Positions 48,544-58,298 of a stretch of DNA of 64,000 nucleotides are shown piece after piece; position 1 is the first letter of the stretch, and the number at the start of each line of letters is the position of its first letter. The stretch lies in contig CBDCDZ010000004.1 in NCBI GenBank assembly GCA_965215565.1, forward strand, positions 1,664,001 through 1,728,000, in the 5' to 3' direction. The position numbers and the translations under genes were made by a program. The DNA is from Trueperaceae bacterium (lineage in GTDB: Bacteria > Deinococcota > Deinococci > Deinococcales > Trueperaceae). The notes below the pieces were generated by a model. It did no database searches. It saw only the letters and a list, made by a program, of their open reading frames with translations, and had not been told where the DNA came from.

Positions 48544-49471
48544 GGTTCACGACCTCTTGATAAAGCCTCGAGAGTTGTTCCGTCACTTCACCAGACTCGC
48601 CCGTCCCAATCACGCGCCCGTCCACCGCTATGACGGGGGTAAGGTTGCCGAACGTCCCCGTCACAAACGCTTCGTCGGCGCTGTATACGTCAGTCAGAGA
48701 GAAGTCGCGCTCATGCGCAGGCATACCGTTCGCCGCGCAAAGCTCCAACACGAGCCGCCGCGTAATCCCGTTCAGACAGTGCTGCCCCGAAGAGGTCCAG
48801 ACCTCTTTTTCTTCTCCAGCTTGACCCCTCGTCACGATAAAGAAGTTCGTGGCGTTGCACGTCGCAACAAAGCCGTGCACGTCCAGCATGAGCGCCTCGT
48901 CTGCGCCCGCTTTCAAGGCTTGAATGAGCGCGATGACCTCATGGAGTTTGCTATGGCAGTTGAGCTTCGCGTCGAGGATTTGCGGCGGCGGTCTGCGCAC
49001 CGAAGAGGTGAAGAGGCGAATTCCCTGGCGCTTCACCTCGGGATTCGCCACCTTGTGCTCCGCGATGATGACGATATTCGGTTTCGATACCGTCAAACGC
49101 GGGTCTTGCGCCGGGGTCTTTTTGTTGCCGCGCGTGACCATGAGGCGCATGTGCACGTCTGTGGTCATCGCGTTACGCCGCGCGGTTTCGTGCAGCGCGT
49201 CGGTGAGTTCGGCTCGAGACTTCCCAATATCTAAATCAATCGCCTTCGCCCCTTGAAAAAGTCTGTCCAAGTGACGTTCTAGAAAGGCGAATTCGCCGCC
49301 GTGAAGCCTGACGCCTTCCCACACCCCGTCGCCGACTAAATACCCGCTGTCGAACACGGAAATCTTCGCCTCGTCCCGGTGATAAAATTCGCCGTTGATG
49401 TAGACCAGGACGTCGTCGTTGCGGCTGTCCGCTAAAGCTTCGTGCGTGCCTCTGCGCGTTTGTTCAACCAT
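48530..49471 (-). CDS. Class IV PLP-dependent aminotransferase (BCAT-like)
   Basis: SVFDSGYLVGDGVWEG, DEALML, LNGITR, ADEAFVTGT. GGAGG RBS. Confidence 0.9.
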   Translation of the reverse strand: MVEQTRRGTHEALADSRNDDVLVYINGEFYHRDEAKISVFDSGYLVGDGVWEGVRLHGGEFAFLERHLDRLFQGAKAIDLDIGKSRAELTDALHETARRNAMTTDVHMRLMVTRGNKKTPAQDPRLTVSKPNIVIIAEHKVANPEVKRQGIRLFTSSVRRPPPQILDAKLNCHSKLHEVIALIQALKAGADEALMLDVHGFVATCNATNFFIVTRGQAGEEKEVWTSSGQHCLNGITRRLVLELCAANGMPAHERDFSLTDVYSADEAFVTGTFGNLTPVIAVDGRVIGTGESGEVTEQLSRLYQEVVNRVSS

Positions 49472-49495
49472 GCGCACCTCCAGACTAGTGAGTTA

Positions 49496-49697
49496 TAGCA
49501 CTTCCAAAGTATACTGAGACGGATGAGCACAAGCCTCTGTCCACAAGGACTAGCGGGATTTCATCACAATCAAGTGCGTGCTAATTGCGGAGTTTTCCGA
49601 TTACGAAGTTTCCCGCAGGGAAGGAAACAGTATTCTTTACGGTGAGAGGATCTCTGACCAGCTCCGAGCTTTGCGAGACAGACTTTGATACTTGCTA
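49496..49697 (-). mobile_element. MITE-like repeat, copy 8
   Basis: TAGCACTTCCAAAGTATACTGAGAC...TGATACTTGCTA. Flanking duplication TTA/TTA. Confidence 0.82.
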
Positions 49698-49790
49698 TTA
49701 AAGCACGAACCTCGAGCGGCGCGAGGGACGAGCAGAGTCTCGCGCCCTACATTACGGTCAGCTCCGCCGCCCAGGTGATATCTTCTCGTC

Positions 49791-50786
49791 ATGGACCTAC
49801 TCGTGCTGGGCGGCGGCGGTTTTCTCGGGTATCACGTGGTGGCGGAGGCGACTTCGGCGGGACACAACGTCACGACGTTCAACCGCGAAGGGAAGAGCGA
49901 GCTTGACGGCGCTGAGGCGCTGCAAGGGGACCGCACGGGCGACCTCTCGGCGCTGGAAGGGCGCACCTGGGACGCCGTACTCGATACCTTTAGCGACCCG
50001 GACGCGGTCACGCGCACCGCGAAACTTCTGTCTGACCAAGTGGGCGCGTACGGCTACATCTCGGGCGTCAGCAACTACCACCCGGACGGACCCGACGTGG
50101 TGGACGAGGACGCGCCGTTAAGACGCGACGACGGACGAGATGACCCCTTACAAGCGCGCAGCCTGAAGAAGCTGGCGTGCGAAAGGACGCTCGAGCAACA
50201 TTTCAGCGGAGACCTGCTCGTCGCGCGAGTCGGCATCATGGTAGGTCCGAGGGACCCCACCGACCGCTTCACCTGGTGGCCTGTGCGCTTTCTCCGGGCA
50301 CTCCGAGAGGGACAGACGCGCGTCCTCGCGCCCGGCGATCCGCGCCGCACGGTGCAGTTCACGGACGCGCGCGACCTAGCCGCTTGGCTCGTGCGCTCAC
50401 TCGGCGAGTCGCTCGCGGGCACGTACAACACCGTCGGACCGGGACGAGAAGAGCGCCTAGAGGACGTCTTGAGCGCTTGCTTAAAAGCAGCACAGGACGT
50501 TGCCGGTGCCTCCGGTGACGCCGAACTCGTCTGGGCGGAAGACGCTTTTTTGCGAGACCAGTTAGGGAACGTCGAGGAGGAGGCGCGGCCCCTCTGGTTC
50601 CCGGAGGACCAGATACCTTTTAGAGAGGTGGACAGCGCAAAGGCGTTGGCGCACGGTCTGCACTTCCGCTCAACTTACGACACGGCGAAAGAGACGCTGC
50701 GCTGGCGGCTCGAGCAAGGTAACGAACTCCAGGCGGGTTTCAGCCCCGAGTTCGAGGCGCAGCTACTCAGCCGCGTGAACCGCTGA
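49791..50786 (+). CDS. NAD-dependent epimerase/dehydratase-like (atypical SDR)
   Basis: LVLGGGGFLG, VGPRDPTDRFTWW, QFTDARDLA. Confidence 0.85.
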   Translation: MDLLVLGGGGFLGYHVVAEATSAGHNVTTFNREGKSELDGAEALQGDRTGDLSALEGRTWDAVLDTFSDPDAVTRTAKLLSDQVGAYGYISGVSNYHPDGPDVVDEDAPLRRDDGRDDPLQARSLKKLACERTLEQHFSGDLLVARVGIMVGPRDPTDRFTWWPVRFLRALREGQTRVLAPGDPRRTVQFTDARDLAAWLVRSLGESLAGTYNTVGPGREERLEDVLSACLKAAQDVAGASGDAELVWAEDAFLRDQLGNVEEEARPLWFPEDQIPFREVDSAKALAHGLHFRSTYDTAKETLRWRLEQGNELQAGFSPEFEAQLLSRVNR

Positions 50787-50843
50787 GTTCGGTTGCGTCC
50801 TGGTCAAACGTCGACGCCTCACGCTGTACGCTATGCTAAGCAT

Positions 50844-51422
50844 ATGAAAATCTACACGAAAACAGGCGACAAAGGCATCACCGCACTCTATGGCGGCGAG
50901 CGCGTCTCCAAAGACGCGCGGCGCGTGAGCGCGTACGGCACCGTAGACGAGGCGAACGCGGCGTTGGGTCTAGCGCGGGCGCACCTCCGCGACGACACCC
51001 TCAGCGGCGAACTCGCCAAGTTACAAAACGCGCTGTTCGACTTAGGCGCAGACTTAGCCTCGCCGCACAGCTCGCGCTACCGCGAGAACATCGTCCCCAT
51101 CGACGAGGAGGACGTGGCGTACGTCGAGAGGCTCATCGACATGCTGGAAGAGGAGCTTTCGCCCCTGCAAAACTTCATCTTGCCGGGGGGACACCCAGCG
51201 GCGGCAGCGCTGCACGTCGCGAGGGGGGTGACGCGCCGCGCGGAGCGCAAAGTCGTCGAACTCATGCACGAGGCGGAGGTCAACGAACACGTCGGGGTGT
51301 ACCTCAACCGACTCTCGGATTTGCTCTTCGTCATGTCGCGGGTAGTGAACGCTCGCGAAGGCGTACCCGAAACGAAGTGGCACGTCAAAGGGCGCGAAAG
51401 ACCAGGACCCTCACAGGGGTAA
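50844..51422 (+). CDS. Cob(I)alamin adenosyltransferase (PduO type)
   Basis: MKIYTKTGDKG, AYGTVDE, FILPGG, RRAER, YLNRLSD. Confidence 0.92.
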   Translation: MKIYTKTGDKGITALYGGERVSKDARRVSAYGTVDEANAALGLARAHLRDDTLSGELAKLQNALFDLGADLASPHSSRYRENIVPIDEEDVAYVERLIDMLEEELSPLQNFILPGGHPAAAALHVARGVTRRAERKVVELMHEAEVNEHVGVYLNRLSDLLFVMSRVVNAREGVPETKWHVKGRERPGPSQG

Positions 51423-51548
51423 AGTAAAAAGGTGTCCCGTTTTGTATCCGCGCATTTTGTGCTCAAACAGGGACCAAGTTACCCCTTTCATAGTTTAAGT
51501 ATAGCCCTATGCACAAAACGTGGTACACCGTTAGAAAAGAGGTAAGAG

Positions 51549-52364
51549 GTGCGCGTCGTCTCGCTCGCTTGTTCGAATACAGAAATCGTCTGCGCGTTAG
51601 GGTGTGCACATACGCTCGTCGGGGTAGACAGCCACTCGGACCGCCCACAAGAGGTCGTTGACGGCTTGCCCAAACTCGGACCCGACTTAGAGATTGATAT
51701 AGACGCAGTGGCAGCCTTAAACCCCGACCTCGTCCTCGCCTCCTTAACCGTGCCGGGACATGAAGAGGTCATCGCAGGTTTGGAAAAAGCAAGTCTTCCC
51801 TACCTCGCGCCGGAGCCTGTACGCCTGGAAGATGTGTATAGGGACGTGCTGATGATAGCCCAACATCTCAACGTCCCAGAACGCGGCGAGAAGCTAGTGA
51901 AAGAAATGCGCTCCGCCTTATCAGATGTTCGACAGCCCAATAAAAGCGCGCCCAAACTCCTCGTCCAGTGGTGGCCCAAACCCGTCATCGTACCAGGGCA
52001 ACGAAGCTGGGTCACTGACCTCATTCATGCGGCGGGCGGACGAAACCCACTTAGCGCAGAAGAGGTCAAAAGCCGACCCCTTACCGACGAAGAGATTACA
52101 GCCATCAACCCGGACGCTTTTATTCTAAGTTGGTGCGGTGTTGCCCCGGAAAAGGTTCGCCCCGATGTGATCTACAGAAATCCGGCTTGGCAAGAGGTCA
52201 ACGCTCTAAAGTGCGGACGGATTTACTGCGTCCCCGAAGCCGACTTGGGCAGACCGGGACCGGGACTCATTCAGGGTTTTAAGTCACTGCGAAGGATTGT
52301 CGAAGAGATCAACCAAAGTAAAGCCAGAGAGGAGCACCATGAGAATCGTCAGCTTACTACCTAG
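51549..52364 (+). CDS. BtuF-like helical-backbone (cobalamin-type) binding protein, no signal peptide
   Basis: MRVVSLACSNTEIVCALG, LNPDLVL, RPGP. Confidence 0.8.
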   Translation: MRVVSLACSNTEIVCALGCAHTLVGVDSHSDRPQEVVDGLPKLGPDLEIDIDAVAALNPDLVLASLTVPGHEEVIAGLEKASLPYLAPEPVRLEDVYRDVLMIAQHLNVPERGEKLVKEMRSALSDVRQPNKSAPKLLVQWWPKPVIVPGQRSWVTDLIHAAGGRNPLSAEEVKSRPLTDEEITAINPDAFILSWCGVAPEKVRPDVIYRNPAWQEVNALKCGRIYCVPEADLGRPGPGLIQGFKSLRRIVEEINQSKAREEHHENRQLTT

Positions 52365-53298
52365 CGCTACGGAAATCGTCTGCGCGCTAGGGCTCAAAGA
52401 CAACCTCGTCGCCGTGAGCCACGAGTGCGACTATCCGAGTGAGGTCAGACGCTTGCCGCGCATCACGAGCAGCATCTTACCTGCTAATTTGGACCCGCAA
52501 GGGATTGACACGGCGGTCAACGAAGCGGTGCAAGCAGGTAGGGCGCTCTACCAGATCGACGGTGATATGCTGCAGCAGTTTCAGCCCGACCTCATCGTGA
52601 CGCAAGGGGTTTGTGACGTATGCGCGGTAGGTATGGGGACGGTTGAAGCGACGCTAAAATTCTTACCCGACTGTCTGCCCGAAGGGGCGCGCACCCTCTC
52701 GTTTAGCGGCATGAACTTTGAAGGCATTTTGCGCGATATTCGTTTACTTGCAGAAGTGACGGGGCGCGAGGATGAAGCGGCGACGCTTATCACCTCTTTG
52801 CGAGAGAGGTGGAACGCGGTTCGGGAGACCTCTCCAAATTCACAGTCGAACAAATCTATAGACAAACCTAAGGTGTTGATGCTCGAGTGGAGCACTCCGC
52901 CCTTCTACGGCGGTCACTGGGTGCCCGAAATGGTTGAAGTCGCAGGGGGCGAAGACATCTTGGGCACACCAGGGCAAGATTCTAAACGCACCACGTGGGC
53001 GGAAATTGCCGGGCACGCACCTGAAGTGATCGTGGTGATGGCGTGTGGCTACGACTTGGCGAAGAACGTGGAGTTTGCCGAAGCGCTTTACACGCATCTC
53101 GAGGCGAAGCACTTGCCCGCTGTCACAGCGCAAGAGGTCTGGGCGTGCGACGCGAACAGCTACTTCAGCCGTCCGGGGCCGCGCGTGGTGCGCGGAGCGG
53201 AGATTTTGAGGGCGATTCTAAGAGGTCAAGAGGATAAGCTGAAGGGTGCAGAGGCTAGGCGTGTTCTTCCTGTGTCAAGAGGAGTCGTACGAGGATAG
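52339..53298 (+). CDS. BtuF-like helical-backbone binding protein, no signal peptide
   Basis: MRIVSLLPSATEIVCALG, VSHECDYP, CDVC, GHWVPEMV, YFSRPGPR. Confidence 0.82.
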   Translation: MRIVSLLPSATEIVCALGLKDNLVAVSHECDYPSEVRRLPRITSSILPANLDPQGIDTAVNEAVQAGRALYQIDGDMLQQFQPDLIVTQGVCDVCAVGMGTVEATLKFLPDCLPEGARTLSFSGMNFEGILRDIRLLAEVTGREDEAATLITSLRERWNAVRETSPNSQSNKSIDKPKVLMLEWSTPPFYGGHWVPEMVEVAGGEDILGTPGQDSKRTTWAEIAGHAPEVIVVMACGYDLAKNVEFAEALYTHLEAKHLPAVTAQEVWACDANSYFSRPGPRVVRGAEILRAILRGQEDKLKGAEARRVLPVSRGVVRG

Positions 53299-53728
53299 CG
53301 TCCTAAACAAGTCCCACAGTAGGTGAAACACCACCTCAGAGACTAAGACAACCGTAACTAAACTAATAATACTGTCAGCTAAATGTCAGGTTGACACAAT
53401 TTTCTCACGAGTCATCACGGTACACTTTTTGTAGCTTAACTCTCCACCAAGTGGCTATGCACCGTGGAGCAGCGATGTATTTCAGCAGCGTATTTCAAGG
53501 GTGCATTTTAAGACCATGCAACACCACCGCGACACCGTCGCATTGGGGGCGACACCTTAATTTGCAAATTCGTATGGCGTGATATTAGAACGTCGTACAA
53601 AAATAGTGCATATTCGCTTAATCTGGCAGCGTTGAGCAGACTTCATCAACTTAATTTGAGACGTCAGAGATTTATCTGAACGTCGTCGCTGTTCAGAGCA
53701 TTGTCATATCGTCAGGAGGTTGAACAGT

Positions 53729-54754
53729 ATGAGCAAGGGTCAAGGCACACGTGTGCTCGTCGTGGGCGGCGCGGGCTATATCGGCTCTCACACTGCGAAA
53801 GAACTGGCACGGGCAGGCTTCGAACCCGTCGTTTTTGACAACTTGAGCGAAGGACACCGCTACGCCGTGCAGTGGGGACCGCTCGTAGAGGGCGATTTAG
53901 CGGACGAAGAAGGTCTCGTCAAGGCGCTCAAAGACCACCAAATCGACGCCGTGATTCAGTTCGCGGCGAGCGCGTACGTGGGTGAGTCGGTCGAGAACCC
54001 ACGCAAGTATTTTCGCAACAATGTCACCAACACGTTGAACTTGTTGGACGCGATGTTGGAGGCGGACGTCCAACACCTCGTCTTCTCTTCGACCTGCGCG
54101 ACGTACGGTCAGCCCGAGCACATCCCCATAGACGAAGACCACCCACAAAATCCTATCAACCCTTACGGCGAGACCAAGCTCATCGTCGAAAAGGCGCTCC
54201 GCTGGTACGCGCAAGCCTACGCGCTAGAGTATGTGGCGCTCCGTTACTTCAACGCTTCGGGCGCGGATGAGAGCGAAACCATCGGCGAAGACCACGACCC
54301 CGAGACGCACCTGATTCCTCTCATTTTGCAAGCGGCGGCGGGCGAGCGCGAACGCATTGAGATTTATGGGACGGACTACCCCACAGACGACGGGACAGCG
54401 GTACGCGACTACATCCACGTAACCGACTTGGCGCGGGCGCATGTGAAAGCGCTCGAGTACCTCCAAAGGGGTAGCGAAAGCGATGTTTTTAACCTTGGAA
54501 CCGGACGGGGCTATTCGGTCAGAGAGATGGTTCAGAGCGCCGAAAGGGTAAGTGGACGCAGCGTCCGTGCCCATGAAGCCCCTCGTCGTGCGGGCGACCC
54601 ACCCCGCCTGATTGCCGACCCGAGCAAAGCCGAGCGCGTTTTGGGGTGGCGTGCCGAGTACGATTTGGAGACCATCATGCAGACCGCTTGGAATTGGCAG
54701 CAGAAGCAAGCCACAAGAAGCAGAGATAGTAGCAAAGAGGTTGAGCCCGCGTGA
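53729..54754 (+). CDS. galE: UDP-glucose 4-epimerase
   Basis: [43 protein letters not shown]. Confidence 0.92.
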   Translation: MSKGQGTRVLVVGGAGYIGSHTAKELARAGFEPVVFDNLSEGHRYAVQWGPLVEGDLADEEGLVKALKDHQIDAVIQFAASAYVGESVENPRKYFRNNVTNTLNLLDAMLEADVQHLVFSSTCATYGQPEHIPIDEDHPQNPINPYGETKLIVEKALRWYAQAYALEYVALRYFNASGADESETIGEDHDPETHLIPLILQAAAGERERIEIYGTDYPTDDGTAVRDYIHVTDLARAHVKALEYLQRGSESDVFNLGTGRGYSVREMVQSAERVSGRSVRAHEAPRRAGDPPRLIADPSKAERVLGWRAEYDLETIMQTAWNWQQKQATRSRDSSKEVEPA

Positions 54755-55737
54755 GGGTGCTTATCACAGGCAGCGCGGGCTTTATCGGCAGTCATCTCAC
54801 TGAGCGTTTTTTACGTGAAGGGCATTCTGTTATCGGGGTGGACAACTACCTGAGCGGACAGCGGCGCAATACCGATCTCTTTTTGGGACATCCTCAGTTT
54901 GAATTTATCGAGGCGGATGTCTCCAACGGCTTTACCTACGAGGGCGCACCTCTTGACTGGGTCTTGCACTTCGCCAGCCCCGCCAGCCCCCCGCACTACC
55001 AGCAGCACCCCATCGCCACGCTAATGGTAGGCGCACAAGGGACGCAGCACGCTTTAGAGCTTGCGCGGTCACACGGCGCAAAATTCATGCTCGCCAGCAC
55101 CAGCGAAGTCTACGGCGACCCCTTAGTGCATCCGCAGCCCGAGAGCTATTGGGGCAACGTCAACTCGCACGGACCGCGCAGTTGCTACGACGAGGCGAAG
55201 CGCTACGCCGAAGCCATCACGGGCGCATACCGCACGCATCACGGGATTGACACGCGCATCATTCGCATCTTTAACTGCTTCGGACCGAGGATGCGGAGTG
55301 ACGACGGGCGCGTTGTCACCAACCTCATCAATCAGGCGTTGGCGGGCGAACCGCTAACGGTTTATGGCGACGGTCAGCAGACGCGCAGCTTTCAGTATGT
55401 GGACGACTTAGTTGAGGGCATCGTGCGGCTGATGAACACGGCGTATACCGAGCCCGTCAACCTAGGGAGCCCCAAAGAGCACACGATTCTGGAGTTCGCC
55501 AAACTCATCAAAGACTTGACAAAGAGCCCCTCGACGCTCCTCTTCGAGCCGCTGCCGCAAGACGACCCCAAACAGCGCCGCCCCGATATTTCCACCGCCA
55601 AGCGGATTTTAGACTGGGAACCTAGGGTTCCGCTTAAAGATGGGCTGAAAGAGACCATCGCTTACTTCGAGATGTTGCGAGGCTCGAGCCTCACCCCCGC
55701 CGCTACTTCTGAAGCCGTCACCGCAGGAGCCGCATGA
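54751..55737 (+). CDS. UDP-glucuronate decarboxylase (UDP-xylose synthase) family
   Basis: [43 protein letters not shown]. Confidence 0.9.
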   Translation: MRVLITGSAGFIGSHLTERFLREGHSVIGVDNYLSGQRRNTDLFLGHPQFEFIEADVSNGFTYEGAPLDWVLHFASPASPPHYQQHPIATLMVGAQGTQHALELARSHGAKFMLASTSEVYGDPLVHPQPESYWGNVNSHGPRSCYDEAKRYAEAITGAYRTHHGIDTRIIRIFNCFGPRMRSDDGRVVTNLINQALAGEPLTVYGDGQQTRSFQYVDDLVEGIVRLMNTAYTEPVNLGSPKEHTILEFAKLIKDLTKSPSTLLFEPLPQDDPKQRRPDISTAKRILDWEPRVPLKDGLKETIAYFEMLRGSSLTPAATSEAVTAGAA

Positions 55738-58298
55738 GCACCTCAACCCATCCCACAACGAGTTCAGCGAAACTCGCCGCTACGCTAACGCAAAAGAAGC
55801 GCTTGTCCGTCAAAGGCAAATTCCTCTTTTTGGGCGACGAGAAGTTCTACCTCAAAGGCGTGACGTACGGGACGTTTTCCCCAAATCAAAATGACGAACT
55901 TTTCCCCGAGCCGGAGGTTGTCGCTGAGGACTTCAAGCTCATGCGCGAGAACGGCGTCAACACGGTGCGCACCTACACCGCGCCGCCGAACTGGTTGTTG
56001 GACGAAGCCTTGAAGCGTGACCTCCGCGTGATGGTGGGGCTTCCCTGGGAGCAGCATGTGGCGTTTTTGGATGAGGGGTTGGCGAACGATATCGCGCGGC
56101 GCGTGCGCGACGAGGTCTCGCGCAGTGCCGGACACCCCGCTGTCCTCTGCTACGCCATCGGCAACGAGATTCCCGCGCCGATGGTGCGCTGGCACGGCAA
56201 GAAACGAGTGGAGAACTTCTTACACCGGCTCTACCGCACGGTTAAAGAAATCGACGCTGACGCGCTCGTGACCTACGTGAACTATCCGACGACGGAATAC
56301 TTGGCGCTTCCCTTCTTAGATTTCGTCGCCTTTAACGCCTATTTAGAGACTCAAGAACAACTCGACGCCTACCTCGCCAAGCTGCAAAACCTCGCGGGTG
56401 AGCGTCCTTTAGTCATGGCGGAAGTCGGGCTGGACAGTTTGCGCAATGGGTTAGAAAAACAAGCTGAGGTCATGGACTGGCAGGTCAGCAGCGCGTTTGG
56501 GGCGGGCTGCGCGGGCATGTTCGTGTTCGCCTGGACGGATGAATGGTACCGGGGCGGATATGAGATTGAGGATTGGGACTTCGGTCTCGTTACGCGCTCG
56601 AGGGAGCTAAAACCCGTTTTAAAAACCGTGCGTGAGGCGTTTGAAAACGTTCCCTTCAGTTTACAAACCGAATGGCAAAAAATCTCGGTTGTCGTGTGCA
56701 GCTATAACGGCGCGAAGACGATTCGGGACACATTGGAGGGGTTGGAGCGGCTCGAGTATCCCAACTTCGAAGCTATCGTCGTAGACGACGGCTCCACCGA
56801 CGCCACCGCCGCGATTGCCAGCGAGTTTGATGTGAACCTCATCAGTACTGAAAACGGCGGTTTGAGCGCCGCGCGCACCACCGGGCTTCACGCAGCGACG
56901 GGCGACATCGTCGCCTACATCGACGACGACGCCTACCCCGACCCGCACTGGCTTCACTACTTAGCCCACAGCTACGCGGTAAGCGACTACGTCGGCGTGG
57001 GCGGACCCAACCTCTTGCCCGCCGAGGACGGACCCATCGCCGAATGCGTCGCCAACTCGCCTGGCGGACCGACGCACGTCCTCGTGTCCGACACCGAAGC
57101 CGAGCACATTCCGGGCTGCAACATGTCCTTTCGCCGCGACGCGCTCCTCAAAATCGGCGGCTTCGACCCGCGCTACCGCGCGGCGGGCGACGACGTAGAC
57201 GCTTGCTGGCGCGTCCAAGAAAAGGTTGGGAAAATCGGCTTCAGCCCTGCCGCTGTGGTGTGGCACCATCGGCGCAGTTCACTACAAATGTACTGGAAGC
57301 AGCAACAAGGCTACGGCAAAGCCGAGGCATTGTTAGCCGAAAAGTACCCTGAGCGCTACAACATGGCGGGGCACATCGCCTGGTCTGGGCGCATCTATGG
57401 GCGCGGACTCACCGAAGCGCTCAAAGTGTTTCCGCAGCGGGTCTATCAGGGAACGTGGGGTAGTGCGCCCTTTCAGTCCTTGTACGAACGCGACGCCACG
57501 CCCCTCGCCTCGCTCGCGCTGATGCCCGAGTGGTATCTGCTTACAGGCGTGCTCGCCACACTGAGCGCGCTGGGCGCGTTCTGGTCTCCTCTATTGATTG
57601 CTATACCGCTTCTCTTCATTGCCGTCGCCGTGCCAGTAGGACAAGCCGTAAAGAGCGCGGCGAATGCGTCGTTCAACAGCTTAGGCGATCCACCCAACAG
57701 ACGCAAAGCACTCAAACTGCGCGGATTAACAGCGCTTTTGCACTTAGCACAACCCGCCGCGCGGCTCATCGGGCGCTTGCGGCACGGGCTGACCTTGTGG
57801 CGGCAGTATGCACCCGCGACGACCCTTCCGAAGACGCAAGACCTCACCGTGTGGCAAGAGGTGTGGCGCGACCCGAACGAGTGGTTGCGGCGGTTGGAGA
57901 GCCAACTCAAGGAGCACATGCCAACCCAGCACATCCCTGTTCGACGTGGTAGCGACTTCGACCGCTGGGATTTGTCGGTGCGCGGCGGCGCACTCGGTGA
58001 CGCTCACATCCTCATGGCGATTGAAGAACACGGCAGCGGCAAGCAGTACGCCCGCTTCCGCGTGACGCCCAAAGCGAACCGTTTGGCGCTCGCAAGTGCC
58101 GTTATGCTCGTCACCCTGGCACTCTTAGCTGCTCTAAGTGGAGCGTGGATAGCAGCGGCGTGTCTGCTCGCGTTCGCCCTACCGATTTCTCTAGCGACCT
58201 GTCAGCACTGTGCGGCGGCAGTGGGGACGGCCAGGGACGCTATCCACCGCTTAGACGCTGCCCTAAGTTCCGAAAGTGAAACCGACCCGACTTCATGA
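55734..58298 (+). CDS. Fusion of a clan GH-A (GH2-like) TIM barrel, a GT2 glycosyltransferase and TM segments
   Basis: KGVTYG, GNEIP and MAEVG (two Glu), FAWTDEW. GT2 motifs [24 protein letters not shown]. Hydrophobic C-terminus. Confidence 0.8.
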   Translation: MSTSTHPTTSSAKLAATLTQKKRLSVKGKFLFLGDEKFYLKGVTYGTFSPNQNDELFPEPEVVAEDFKLMRENGVNTVRTYTAPPNWLLDEALKRDLRVMVGLPWEQHVAFLDEGLANDIARRVRDEVSRSAGHPAVLCYAIGNEIPAPMVRWHGKKRVENFLHRLYRTVKEIDADALVTYVNYPTTEYLALPFLDFVAFNAYLETQEQLDAYLAKLQNLAGERPLVMAEVGLDSLRNGLEKQAEVMDWQVSSAFGAGCAGMFVFAWTDEWYRGGYEIEDWDFGLVTRSRELKPVLKTVREAFENVPFSLQTEWQKISVVVCSYNGAKTIRDTLEGLERLEYPNFEAIVVDDGSTDATAAIASEFDVNLISTENGGLSAARTTGLHAATGDIVAYIDDDAYPDPHWLHYLAHSYAVSDYVGVGGPNLLPAEDGPIAECVANSPGGPTHVLVSDTEAEHIPGCNMSFRRDALLKIGGFDPRYRAAGDDVDACWRVQEKVGKIGFSPAAVVWHHRRSSLQMYWKQQQGYGKAEALLAEKYPERYNMAGHIAWSGRIYGRGLTEALKVFPQRVYQGTWGSAPFQSLYERDATPLASLALMPEWYLLTGVLATLSALGAFWSPLLIAIPLLFIAVAVPVGQAVKSAANASFNSLGDPPNRRKALKLRGLTALLHLAQPAARLIGRLRHGLTLWRQYAPATTLPKTQDLTVWQEVWRDPNEWLRRLESQLKEHMPTQHIPVRRGSDFDRWDLSVRGGALGDAHILMAIEEHGSGKQYARFRVTPKANRLALASAVMLVTLALLAALSGAWIAAACLLAFALPISLATCQHCAAAVGTARDAIHRLDAALSSESETDPTS

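Noticed and set aside
51423..51548. Cobalamin riboswitch ahead of the BtuF-like genes
   Set aside because: The region is too short and lacks the GGGAA/CCCGCAACTGT/B12-box motifs.
53299..53715. AT-richer intergenic region as an ncRNA or JUMPstart/ops site
   Set aside because: I see no GGCGGTAG ops motif or convincing structure. It is probably just the promoter region of the glycan operon.
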